NCBI GenBank assembly: GCA_965285935.1
Contig: OZ260667.1
Coordinates: forward strand, 26,536,001 to 26,600,000
From: Ophelia neglecta
Lineage: Eukaryota
Length of the DNA stretch: 64,000 bases
Reading direction: 5' to 3'
A model generated the notes under the pieces. It saw only the letters and a program-made list of their open reading frames with translations, was not told where the DNA came from and ran no database searches. This document shows positions 40,701 to 53,500 of this stretch, one piece after another; the first letter of the stretch is position 1, and every line of letters starts with the position of its first letter. The position numbers and the translations under genes were made by a program.

Positions 40701-43700
40701 GCTTTAAGAGATGCACATTTCAAACATCCATGATTTTGTGTGATTCCGAACTATGTTCTTTTTTGTATTACATTTCTCCAACTACTAAGAATTTGTTTAA
40801 ATTTCGCAACATTAACTAATCTGTTGTTGACTTAATTTATTTACCAGCTTGTTGCTGCACTGGGGCACATCGTTCCTGTTTCGTCCGCTCGGCTGATACT
40901 GCAAAAATATATATAAATACAGGGCGAGGTAGCACATTTTAGCGAATTGGTTTAAGATAGGGGAAACAATTTTGAGGAATAATACCTGTATAGTTGCAAT
41001 ATACTGTTAGTTCTGGCTCTATAAGATCTACCAAGATGAAGGGACCACAATGAACGATTTTTAGAGAGATTATTTTTGCACATGATTGAATGATTCTTTT
41101 AGTTTTATTCAAATATGTTTTTTAACATTTAATGAAATTAAGTAAATAGCGAAGAACATCACCAAAAAAACGTTATGGATTGGTGTTTATTGACAATTTT
41201 GAATAGTACCAGGTTAAAATGTAAGGACTTGTGAGTCCTAAAAAAACCTAAAAATTCTACCATGGCCCAGCACAAATAAATGCATCATGGACCCATGCTG
41301 GCATAAAAATAACAAACTCGAACTAATTATTTAATAACTTCAATCAGATACCTGATATAAAATTTGCAAACAACTAACCATTTTCTCTTGTAAATATGCT
41401 TATTTTCATAGCACATATATAGTTTTTGAGCGCGACAATTATTAATAAACCCAAAAAGGGTATTTCAAGACTTGCCTGCAGCTAAGAATGTTTTATCTTT
41501 ATTGTGTATCTTGGATTTCTTATTGGAATTCTGAGAGTAATCTACATGTATGTCACCAACGCACTTTTCATTTCACTTAGATCAGAGTATTTTGTAAACT
41601 TAATTAAAAGGAGAACGTGTAATCCGAGGCCCAAAATTGACCCTTTGGGAGCCCCATATAATTTTGTTTATTAACAAGTCCCCCACCCCCTAGTATACTC
41701 ATACACACAATCGGTCACATATTCATAAATTAAGACCAAATATTTGGTCTGCGGGATGTTTAAACCTGTATTTTTATATTTTCCATTGTCCTTTGGATCT
41801 TACCTTGTTTCCCGGTTACAGGCTTCTCTGTTGTGATTTTACAAATCTCGGACAAGATGCATTGCCAGCTTGCTTGCTGATCAAAATCTATTGTAACATC
41901 TCTCCCGTTAGGGCTGATCGCTGAGATTAACCAGCAAAATATTTATATTTCTTAAGTGCTTGCAGAATATTAGAATGTAAATCATCTAAAATATTTATAT
42001 TGGATTTAAGTAGCAACAAGTAAGTCAATTAACAGTTATCATTCATTACTTGTATATGCACTGTATTCTAGTCGATAAAATTATACTTCTAAATCTAGTA
42101 ACAAACGATAGTAAAAATGTGTTGAAGTTTATCATTAGATCAAATCGATGTTTAGCCATATTTTATTTAAGGTTTCAATTTTATTATATTCAGGTCATGC
42201 TTTAACCTTTTAGTTGTCCTACGCTAGTTTTGGTCACTTTACCCCAGCCGTATTTCGGTTTATCCACTTCCGGTCTGACACGAACTTTGTCTCCCACAAC
42301 AGTTATCTCCTCTGAGGATCAAATAACGCAAATGAACTTAAAACGGTTTTGTGTTAACGGCGAAAGCGTAAGCTGTTGCGAAAGCAACATTGATGACATA
42401 ATAATCTAAAATATCAGTAATTTTATAACCCAACCCTAACCCAGGCATCTCGATTTTGTTTTTGTTATAAATGGGTAAGGGTCAGGTTATTATTGTGTTC
42501 ATATGAGCTCAATTTTAGAGGCCATGTGGCTTTCGCCGAAGCCTTCGCTTTCGCCGTTAACACGAAGCCACTTAAAACCACTTATACAGACAACACATGT
42601 CATCAAAGGGTACAGTTAATATTCGACACGAGAACTAATTTATGCCATTAATCAAGCAAGGGCTAAGGTTTGAGGGTTCGTCGTGTACCTGGTTTTCCCG
42701 CTTGAACGGCGTGACTCCCTGGACAGACGATCCTGGCAAAACTATGTCTGTGGACATTTTTGTTAATGAAACACGTCTGACAGAGATCAAACTGTGAACA
42801 TTCGGCACACTTAAACCTTGACCCATGAAGCGGCAAGTCCTGGCAACCACAGCACCTGACATACAAGATGTATTGTTAAAACAAATATAATATCGATTTT
42901 TCTCAAGATGATTAAATAAACTCGGTCATTTATTAACCACAGTGAACCCACATAAAAAGTGCTATCACAGCTCAATTTAGTCACTTTACGCATTGATGTC
43001 GTGAACAATCTAAAGGTACAGTAAGTTTGTCAACGTTTTTAAGCACAAAAATATTTAACAAAGTGGAACAAACTACTTATTATGCTTTTAAAGCATCTAA
43101 TAACTGTGTGTGTACAATCATGTTATATGATACATTTGCACGTGTGTAGCAGTTGAGAAACTGTGATTCTAATGCATTTTTGACATTATGATAAATAGCA
43201 TTAACTTAACGCTATCTCAACGCATTTCCATGGTTATCTGCTCATAAATCGCGTGTGATTCATTCAAATCGCGTGGTAGAAGGAAGCGACTTTTGTGATT
43301 GGCGCAGCATTTACCAAACGCCGCAAAAGGAGTCTCTCCTGACCACGAAGTGCGAACTGCAGATCGCTTCTATCGGGACAACAAAACTAAATGTACCATG
43401 TTAAGCAATTAAAAATCGTCGGAACATGAACGCGAAATAAGTTTCAATGGTTATTATTCTTCGTTTGGTATTTCTATTTCAGGACAACTCTTGTCACATC
43501 CGGTTATTTAGGCCTATTCCTCGATATCAGTTATTCGTGGTTGAACGGTCCAGACGCTTATCGCAGCCAACTGTTTAGTTGTATTAAAGGTGAAATCGGG
43601 TAATTTCATGCATCGTTTAATAACAGTCGGCTAATTACGCGCAGGAAGTGGTATTGTGTCGAGCGGGAGTAGGTAAAATCCGCTCACAATGTGAATTCAA

Positions 43701-45254
43701 GCGATTTTCCGCATCGTTAACTTCGACAGGCTACTAACTGTGCGTAGGTAAGAATTGTTGATCGTATTGAGATGCAAATGATACAGGCAGTGGAGGGAAT
43801 TATGCAGGGTTGAGAAATAGTCCAAACTATCGCATGACTTGCAGTGGAAGTCGTGTGAACATCGCACTTGTGTTATAACGAATGCCTTGATAGTTCATGT
43901 TTCTAACCTACATTTATTATCCCTGGCAGATGACTACGATACTTAAGCCCAATTCAAATATCCTCGTTGTGCCTGATATAGTGCGTATAACAGTGTTGAC
44001 TCTTAATGTTGATCGAAAGTACTTTTCTCAGTTATAGAAGGCTTTCAACTTATGTGTCTAGGTCATGGATTACATATAATAAAGCACAGCTTGGGCTTTC
44101 AATTTAGCAGGACATGCATGAGCTCTATGTGCAAACTGTAAATTGTTATACTTCATATGATAGGAAACAAAGAATCTATAATTGGAACATTAACATCACG
44201 TAATCAAGAGAGTTTTATTGTCTTGATCAATCGGTTTTAGTGATATCTAAAGTATATGTTTTTGAGAAAACATACATGATTCCTGGATGGGTTTGCACTA
44301 CAGTCTCCAGTTCTGACAACAACCCCTTCCAGGCGTTCTGCTGTGGGTAATCAACAGTGACGGCATCTATAGTAGGATTTAATGCTGGAACGGAAAACTT
44401 AAATTAAAAATAGCTATATAGTCTTGCGTCAGATATATTTCTTGCCATGCCATTGGATATAATCTGGTCAATAGCAAGCTTAATACTACATGGTTATTAT
44501 TTTGCAAAGCTGAATGTAAAGGAAGGAAAATGCAATTTTAAGAATAAAAATATCAGCGAGAGGTTAAGTTACTATGATGAGCATCTCTTTTTTTAAAATC
44601 GACTGAAGTGTTAGACCTGCCTGTGACTATTCCTATACTGCGACGGTTGATATCACCCCAGCCGTATTTTGGTTTATCCACCGTTGATTTGACCTTGACC
44701 CAGTCACCGACCTTGATTTTTTTGACGTCCAGGACGCCGACGATCTCCACGTGCATAAAGGACACCCAGTACTTGTCTCCCTTGTGCTGCCAGTCGACCT
44801 GGACGTTAAGCTCGTGCAAATCACCTTTATCAAGCTGGAAAATGTCCACGAATTTGTTAATGTGTGCCATTAAATTCCGCCACTAACGTGGTAACATTAA
44901 TTTTTACAAGTCTAATATATGTACTTTTATGCCAAAATGTTTATAATAGACGAGCTGGTTGCCCTTCTATGTATTGTAACGGTTAACTCATAAAAATGGT
45001 CATCAGCGAAAAAAGGCAGCGAATGTCTATTGTAATTACAATATCAATTTAGGCCCAGCTAACACGAAATCAGTCCTAGTTAGTTCTAACATAGAGATGC
45101 TCACCCTCATAACTCTCCCACTATCCCCCACTTTGACCTCCTCGTATGTTCGGGAGCACAACACCGTCTGTCCTATCGCGATGTTATCTCGGACGTATAC
45201 GGCGTATATGTCATCGTTCGAGAAATCCGACCTCTTTCTGAACGAAACCGCCAT
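37708..45254 (-). CDS. Paralog A: CPH-SH3like-ZZ-SH3like-linker-NEURL4-type ADP-ribosyltransferase chimera, 14 coding exons, 627 aa
   Basis: Exons 45254-45105, 44834-44621, 44384-44276, 42855-42689, 42311-42207, 41920-41804, 40898-40845, 40658-40569, 40380-40285, 40107-40000, 39753-39615, 39511-39396, 39016-38857, 37966-37708 (1884 nt, open). N-part RKRSDFSNDDIYAVYVRDNI..LHELNVQVDWQHKG..YWV..HVEI..KVGDWVKVK..PKYGWG..HPGIMCCGC is HERC2-like. C-part CFCSNC..YGVPIGWYKFGL..WHVAFHGT..IYLSPSIRYAG..AFQVRIKPGSY..LEWATK..LLVKIE is NEURL4-ART-like. Confidence 0.9.
42345..42569. mobile_element. 225-bp Mutator(MULE)-like MITE in intron 4 of paralog A
   Basis: TIRs ggttttgtgttaacggcgaaagcg / cgctttcgccgttaacacgaagcc; 9-bp TSD acttaaaac at 42336-42344 and 42570-42578; internal taaccc/gggtaa-like subterminal repeats. 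Confidence 0.85.
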
Positions 45255-46079
45255 CTGTCATAGAATGAATTCTTAGAAGCGAAGCATAAGTAGACAGTAA
45301 AACGAACCAATTTGATCGTAAAATGATTAAATACTTATAATAATAAAAATATGAGGTATTTAATTACTATTAATATTCATAAACATCAACAAGATATAAA
45401 CACAAACGCAATTGTTAAAAAATGCTGATATACGCTCTCCTCTCAAATAACAAGAACAAATTTTCGTTGTTCAAGGACAACTTCAGACGGATATGACTTA
45501 ATCAAAACAAAAAGTGTTTTCAAGGTTAAACCAGGGAGCAGAGAATGTTCTGGTTTCTATCTCACAAATATTTGTGCATCATTTATACGGATTAGAATCG
45601 CAATGAAAAGAATAAGCTAACTATTATAATTTCACCTGTTTTGTCTTTCTTTTTTGTCTTAAGAAGATGAAATATTGTTTCTGTACTTCATCTGAATTTA
45701 TCAAAAACCACACGCTGTCAACCGACTGACACAATATATTCTACCTACCTCAATTATGATCTTCAAGTTTAACATAAAGGAACGCAGCATCAGTTTATAA
45801 TCAACCCTTTACATGAATACCTGAGCTGTCATATACCAACACTTTGAATCGCACAGTATTAATGCATGTAAACAAACTTTTATAGTCCCGTTTAAGGGAG
45901 AGCAAAGTACAACAAGTCAGACAATCATGTATTACAGAATTTATGCGACGGCCATTTTGAGTGGCGATATAATTATATATATATAAAATAACATGAAATA
46001 GATGCATGGCTGGCTAAGCCAGTTATGAAACTTGAAGTAGGAACAAAGATGAGCAATATTTGAAATTGTTTTGTTTTTA

Positions 46080-46113
<34 letters not shown>

Positions 46114-47002
46114 CCAGCCTCGATTTCAATAAATAAATATATATATATATATTGGGACAACCCCTTTGTTCGTACTAACTAAAATCACCAAACGGCTGGA
46201 GGCAGGGAGGCAAGGAGGCAGCCCTATACATAGCTGCCGCTGAAATATGTTTAAATTATAATCATTATCAACGGAATGGCGTCTTACCTCTTACCTTGTA
46301 CACTTGACTATTTAAGATTGCATTCGTTTCGGTTGTTATCAAGCATGTAAAACTGACGTTCAATATTCTTTCTTCTGATTATTCAAAGGGGCATTTGCCG
46401 CAGACGAACAGCGCATGCGTGCATATGAAATATTTCCCGAAAGTGGTGGAGGAACAACTAAGAACTATTTGTTCATTTGTTTTGTCATACTGGAATTTCC
46501 ATTCAATGAGCTGACAGGATTCCTGCTCAAACGTGTGTAATCAAGTGTATAACGTGACCATCGAAAAAGTGGTTAATGAGCCAGTGTTGTCCGTAGTTAT
46601 TTAAACGTTCTGCCCTGAATTATATCTTTAAGGTTATATGGTAGGCGACGGTTTGCAAGGAGTTAGGTTTCTATATACTGGATTTTTAAGCTGAGTTGAA
46701 GCACAAGAAGAAATAATTGCACCGCTGAGCAAAATGAGTGTTACTCAATAGAAGACGGACTGAGGACCAGCCTTCCACAAAGTAAATTTTTATGCACAAA
46801 ATTCGCTTATTCGTTTTAAGGATGCATCTATTTCATGTTATTTTATTAACATTAAATGCACTGCCACCCCATCGTTTAAGATTGTCCTATTTGATTAAAA
46901 TGACTGACATTCTCGATGACATTGAACTGACCATGGATTGTTATTAATTAATATTTCTGCTTTGCCAGGCAAGTATCTAACCTCTGATTTGAAACTGGAC
47001 AC

Positions 47003-49369
47003 TAGTCCAGTGCTTTTACGGTTTTGGCAGGAACAAATTGCAACAGAAGGTTTCTTGGTATTTTTGTAATCCTTAGGGTGTCCACAATCACCCAAAAAAA
47101 GTCCCAAGTGATAAAAATTCAATTAACAATTTTACGGCTATTAATGCATTTTACAGCTTTTAGGTCCAAAAAGGGTCGTTTCAAGGCAGATTTCTGTATT
47201 ATAATGTTTAATTTTTCTGTGTTGTCTGCTCATTTAAGCATGAATTGGCACAATGTGAAAAGTATATTGCAATGTATAACACGCACACATATTTTCTTTG
47301 AAATTACTAATAAAATAAATTAAATTATGTTCGCAACCGATAATTGGCGGATACTGTAGTTTTGTATGGATTGTGCTGGCGACTACCACCTCATCAATTT
47401 TGGCATTAACAGGATTACTAAGATATACCAAGGAATTTCCTTCTTATTGTGTATGTAGGAGTAGAAAGACACGATCTACGTGTATATACCCCTTATATTA
47501 ATGCCTAAATGTATTTCTATACATTTGTTATAATAGTTTGTGGGCAAAATGTGAATAAATTGACTAATACTGTTGCCCATTATTACTCTTTCATGTGGTG
47601 GTGGTGGTAGTTGATTGCAAGTGAAGTTGAATAGTATTAATATTGACTGTCATGGCAGACATTGAGCGTTGTGTATTCTGCATGCACTCAGTTGTAAGCA
47701 AATTGTATGAAAAGGGTTACGGTTCCATTAACCAGATCAGCATATCCCGAGGTTACTCCAAGTAACAGTTCCAGGGCAGTTGGTTCACTCAGATTGTCCT
47801 TGAAAATACTGCCGTCCAGCTCATACAACTTCAGCAGGTGGTACCAAGGACAAAATGAGTCAGTTCCTACAAGATTCGAACAAGGCACCATACAGTGAGA
47901 AATACATGAGAAGTAAATTGGCTGCGTTTTTTGGTAATAACATCATCAGGGAAAGCTTGAGAAGTCAAGTCTGTGAAACCATGATGTTCATACACGAAAT
48001 CAGTGGCTGTGATTCTACTTTAAGATTGGTTGGTATTCGATAAGGCACATCACTCAAGAAACTTTTAACTAACAAAGTTCTTTTGGAATGTAGTGATGTC
48101 CTCAGCGCTAAATCATCTGGAGCAAACTAGGTTGCCACAGCAGGAGAAAAAGTACTGCTGCTTTTATGATGGAAAAGCAGATGGCAATCTCAATAGATTG
48201 AGATACCAAAAGTTCTGTGAGAAAACAGCAGCAAAACAACTCAGCTCCATCAGGGAGTATTGCCGCCTACTTCAGCAGCTGGGAAATACCACAGCTTTAG
48301 GGCATATCTACAAGTTCAGGAGTGGAAGGGCTGTACTACTCTGAGGACCACTGACTGGGGATGGAAGATGGTCGGGGCACATTTGCTGCGAGTTGTAACA
48401 GATCAGCCAGCCGCACCTGATGTCTTGCTCCGAGTGACTGTGCCTGACTGCAGTGGGGATTGCAGTACTGCATGTTGTACATGGTTGTACATACAAGAAA
48501 AACAATCTGGAATGTTCATCTGCCTGCAACCAGCGTCACGGAACGTCTTGCAGCAATTTTACTGTTGTTGAAAATGAAAGTGACGATGATGGATTGAATG
48601 ATGGGTGTAGTTCATAAAATATGTCTCGCTTATCTGAACTTCAGTTTTATTTTCTTATCATCATACGTATCAGCTTTTTGATGTTCTGCATGTATCCATG
48701 ACAAGGATATGATTGGTGATCTCAATATCGAGTTTGTGCTATTTTTGTATTTGTGAAAATAAGTATAACTTTTCAGGTTATTTCAAAGAACGGTTAATAT
48801 TGAATTTCGACACCAACACAAACAAGCATTCATATATTAGATTTCTGAGCATTTTAGTGCAGGATAATATGGAAAACACAAACATGTTAAATTCTCCAAT
48901 TATAAGTTAATATTACGTGTCACTTATATAAACAACTGCTGGCCAATAAACCGGATATATATTGACTTCAGATTCCGTATTTAGATGATTGCTAATTGCA
49001 AATACATGTATCCCTACTACTGGAAACATAGTCAATCAAATAAATCAAATCAAATCTCAGTCTAATCAAATAAACCAAACATGACGAGTAGTTGACAAAT
49101 ATACCAACATATGTGGAATGGCTTAAGCCCGGGCCATCATTCGTTGTACAAAGTTCTACATGAAATTGAAAAAAATAGGTTTTTTCGACACGGATTGGCG
49201 ATATTGGGTACCGTCATATTTATGGCCATAAAAAAATATTCTGAATTTTTATTGCTCGGGACTTTTTTTTGTGATTAGGGACATGTTGCTGATTCCAAAA
49301 ATACCAAGAAAGCTTCTGTTGCAATTTGTTCCTATTTCGGCCCATTTTGGAGCTAAAAGCACTGGACTA
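47003..49369 (+). mobile_element. Internally deleted DNA transposon, about 140-bp imperfect TIRs (TA-GTCCAGTG...CACTGGAC-TA)
   Basis: Left end tagtccagtgctttta..aggaacaaattgcaacagaag.tttcttggtattttg matches the reverse complement of 49230-49369. TA at both outer ends. A decayed ORF lies inside. Confidence 0.85.
47652..48600 (+). pseudogene. Decayed transposon ORF: N-terminal CxxC..HxxC motif joined to a C-terminal 'H.ISGCD'/LPPT/WGW/Cys-rich (CXC-like) region
   Basis: Fragments MADIERCVFC..GQLVHSDC, MFIHEISGCDSTLRLVGI*, AGEKVLL, LRYQKFCEK, LPPTSAAGKYHSFRAYLQVQEWKG..DWGWK..PAAPD..CSGDCSTACC..CSSAC..SCSN, interrupted by stops and frameshifts. Confidence 0.75.
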
Positions 49370-50562
49370 ACATGTGCTTCATTCAAGTCAGAATTCTTGA
49401 AAGTTCGGCATATGGTTGAATCATTTTACGATTAAACCACATAGTACAGTAAACATTCAATTGACAATTAATGTGTGCAAAAAACTGACATCACAATTTA
49501 TACAATATAAGCACAGTGATTCAAATGTCTCGTTAACAGTGAACAGTCTAAAGCCAAGTTCAAATCTACTTATATTATCTATAATGGCAAAATTGATTCT
49601 ATCATTTGGAGCAGGACTACATGTTTTTATACTTAGACGAAGTAAAAATCCTATTTGTTTTCCTGTAAGAGTCTGAACAAATCAGATAATGCCCCGGGAA
49701 AAGGATTTAAAAATATATTGTGGCGGGATTCGTGTTCAAACACGTATTATCACGGGTTGTTAAGTCCAATGCGAGTGGTTTGTTCAAGTACGTTTGTTCA
49801 AGTACAGTCCTATTTCAAATAATCACATATCCCTCGCGCAGATCATAGATTGTGTTTTTCGTCACGGTTTTCTGCCATGCATTTTTTCATCATATTGTCT
49901 CATATAATGTTTTCCTAGTGATTGTTACTTTACTTGCACACATTCTTTCATTGATATTTCAGTCAGTAAAGTGTTCAAGGCCTGGATATCTACTCTGTGT
50001 CACGGTGCTATTTTATAAAATAACCAAATGACATTATCTTCGCTGTTTATTGATTTGCAATTGATATTTTGAACACGTAACCTTATTTAAATCTATAACT
50101 CTTGTTAAAGCAACTGTTTTGTAACTGTTGTGTTACGGATTGTATCAACTCGCATGTTTTTTCACTTATAGGCCGTAAAGTTATGACACCATAACAAGCA
50201 CAGATCAACGTATCCGACTGTATGCATAATTATTTCATTTTTATTGTATATGTAGTATAGAATTTAGAAATGTTTATGTATTAAACACACCTGGTCTGTT
50301 GTTGGTCTTTTGTCATGGGCAGTGGTCTCATTAATGTAAGAGATCACCTTTTATTAAGCGAGAAAAAGGTGTCCTTCATTATCAATATATTAGTGTTTTC
50401 GTTTAACTCATGGAAAGATGCTGGACAAATCATCCTTGCTAGGAAATCAAATAATCAACCTTATTGCCCAATTCCTTTTATGGCAATATGAAGTATCTGC
50501 AAAAAGAAATGTTTATAAATTATGATACATTGGTTTAGTTGTATTATCTTCTTTTTAACAAG

Positions 50563-53500
50563 ATGCCTTTTTTGATGAGAAAGGACTTCCCCTCCGACGA
50601 TGCCTATGCCAAGTATGTACGTGACAACATCGAAACTAACATGATGGTACTTTGTGTCAAAACGTACGAGCAAGTTCACCTGGCTGACTATGGAAAAATT
50701 ATAGAGGTGCCTTGTCCTTTCAATATGCCACTATTTTCCGGTTCAATAGGCCTATAGCCAGCTATAGCAAACTTCCCCAATAATGTATCAATGTGGCGCG
50801 GGGAGAAGCAACTTTTATTAAAATGAGTATCGATTCCTTAACAAAGCATATTATGAACACTTTGGGTGTACTGCTATGTTTGACAGTGTACTTTTAATCT
50901 CTGTACAGTTTTTAAACGTTGATACGTTGTTATAGCTCGACCAAGAGGATCCCCATGGCCTCAACGTACACGTTGACTGGCTTGGGAAGAAAGGCACCTA
51001 TTGGGTGAAGTACATTAATGTAGCACTTCTCGGCAAATACCCTTCGGATAATATAGGCGAAGGAGACTGGGTCAGGGTCAAACACAACGTGGTCGAACCA
51101 ACATTCAAATGGGGAAGTGTGAAAAGACGAAGCATTGGAATAGTAACAGGTAGATAGTGTAATGTGAGGGAAGTTTTTATGAGACAATAAAAAAGAAGTC
51201 TGAATAAATGATGCTATTAATATAATTAAGCATATGGTAATCTTTGTAAATTTGATAAATATTATATACCACTTAGCGCCGCTTATTGCATATGTTTTAT
51301 TTTAAGCAAAATCAGACGATAGTTCAGTGATAACAGTTGATTTTCCCGAACAGTCCAATTGGAAGGGGCGTCGCGATGAGATGGAAGAAATCCCGAAATT
51401 ACATCCTGGTGTTATGTAATTATATTGTAATACAAAAATAGAATTGCATATATTAAAAGAAAGGGCTTATTGTGAATTACAAATCTATCACTCACAATGT
51501 AGTCGGCGAATATGGTCAAGTACATTTTCTTTTGGCATAGAAAAATTAAATTTGTTTTTATTGGAAAACTGAAATGTTATGACTGCAAATGTGTATATGT
51601 GTTTGTTTTACATTACAGATGTCGTGGTTGCAAATCTTTTCCATTGAAAGGCTCTCGATACAAATGCTCCGAGTGTGACGATTTTGACTTCTGCCAAGTT
51701 TGCTTTCAGAAGAACACTGGCCACAAACACAAGTTTAAGAGAATCATTTGCCCTGGAGGCACCCCCGTTGATACTGATTCATCAGGCAAGATGATGTTGA
51801 ATTGCTCCGAACAGAAGTGTGGCCCATCCTAGAAATGCATAGTTATGACTATTAGTTTGCTGATTTCTGAGGCAGAAGAACTCTTTTTAACGTTAAGAAC
51901 ATCCGGACGGAAAGGAACACTTGAACAGTCATTTTCTGTTTATATACAGGCATATAAGACAGTTTAAACCGTAGTTTTTAATATTGTAACCATATTTAAT
52001 TCCTTTCTATCTTTTACCATAACATAGGTTCTAACATAAGTGTTGGCGACTATGTCCGCGTGAAAGCGAGTGTCAAAGCTCCCAAATATGGATGGGGAAA
52101 GATTGAAATCAAGGATCGACGCAGTATCGGACGGGTCGAAGGTATTATTTTCAATCGTCATTGGGTGGGGAAAAGAGAGCAATCTTTTTAAAAGCAAGTT
52201 TATATTTATAAAAAAAAACCTTTTTATTGTTCATTGTGGATTTTAATCCCTGATGATACTGATCTGGTAGAAAAAAAATACACATTTTATTTGTTTTTCT
52301 ATGCCAGTTATATGTGCCGATGGCAAGGACCTTCAGGTCAATTTCCGAAAGCAAAAAGGCTGGAATGGTGTTATATCCGAGATGGAGAATGTCGATGTTG
52401 TCCATCTCTCTATCAGGTGAAAAAAAATATTATTATCATTAACCAACTGTGTCAAGCCTTCCCCTAAGTTATCCTAATTAGACTAAATAGGCCAGTGGAA
52501 AAATGCATTCAAACTGTTAATTCACAAGAATCTGTTCAAAGAAAATGTCGTTAAGATGTATGCTACCTACCAACAAATAACCTGTAAAGAAAATTTTACG
52601 ATTGTTGGTCTGACCTTTTATTTTCACCATATTGTGAGATCTGGTACTAACAATTTGATAAGTTAATCTGCTTTCATAACATATTTACCTGTAGATGTGA
52701 TGGGTGTAAGCTTTGCCCGGTAGGTGGAATTCGGTACAAATGTAAGGAATGCGATGACTTTGACTTCTGTCAGGAATGCTTCATAATTATAGACAACCAC
52801 AAACATGACTTCATGAAAATAACAAAGCCCGGGGACAGGCCCCAGATGGCGGGAAAACCTCGTAAGCAGCTAATTTGCATACAAATCCGAATATCTACGT
52901 ATAAACGCCACTGTGCTGTTATAATACTGCATTATATCTAACAGCAGTTACACTTTCTGTTCATAATTTTATGATTGCTTCCAGCAAATGCCATCAAAGT
53001 AGAAATGTCAGATACAGACTCTGATACCGACTCTGATTATTCTACAGTTGGTAATGGATCTGTCTTTTATTTTTTGTCAATATTGCCGTTGCGCTAACTA
53101 ATCGAAATATATTTTATTTTTGTTTCGAGGTATTTCACTGAGAAACTAGTATTATTTTCATATGTCAGAGCTCCTCCTTGCTGCCAAGGCCAATTCCATA
53201 GATCGTGAATGGTGGAAGTTACTCGCAAAAGCCATTGGATCTGATGATTCCGAAGATGAACGTAAGAAAGAAAGTAATGACTCAACATACTTAATCCTTC
53301 CAATGCTATATTTATGAGAAGCTGTATCATTATACATGCTAAAGTTACCCATATGTTTAAATGGAATAGACATGTGACCAATTCAATTAAGCGAATGTCA
53401 AATTCAAATATACTTGTTTGATACGAATTTATACAAATTCGAATTAATTTCTTGTTGCAAATAAGAAAATGAATCCAACATGTGTGTCAAAACTTTCATA

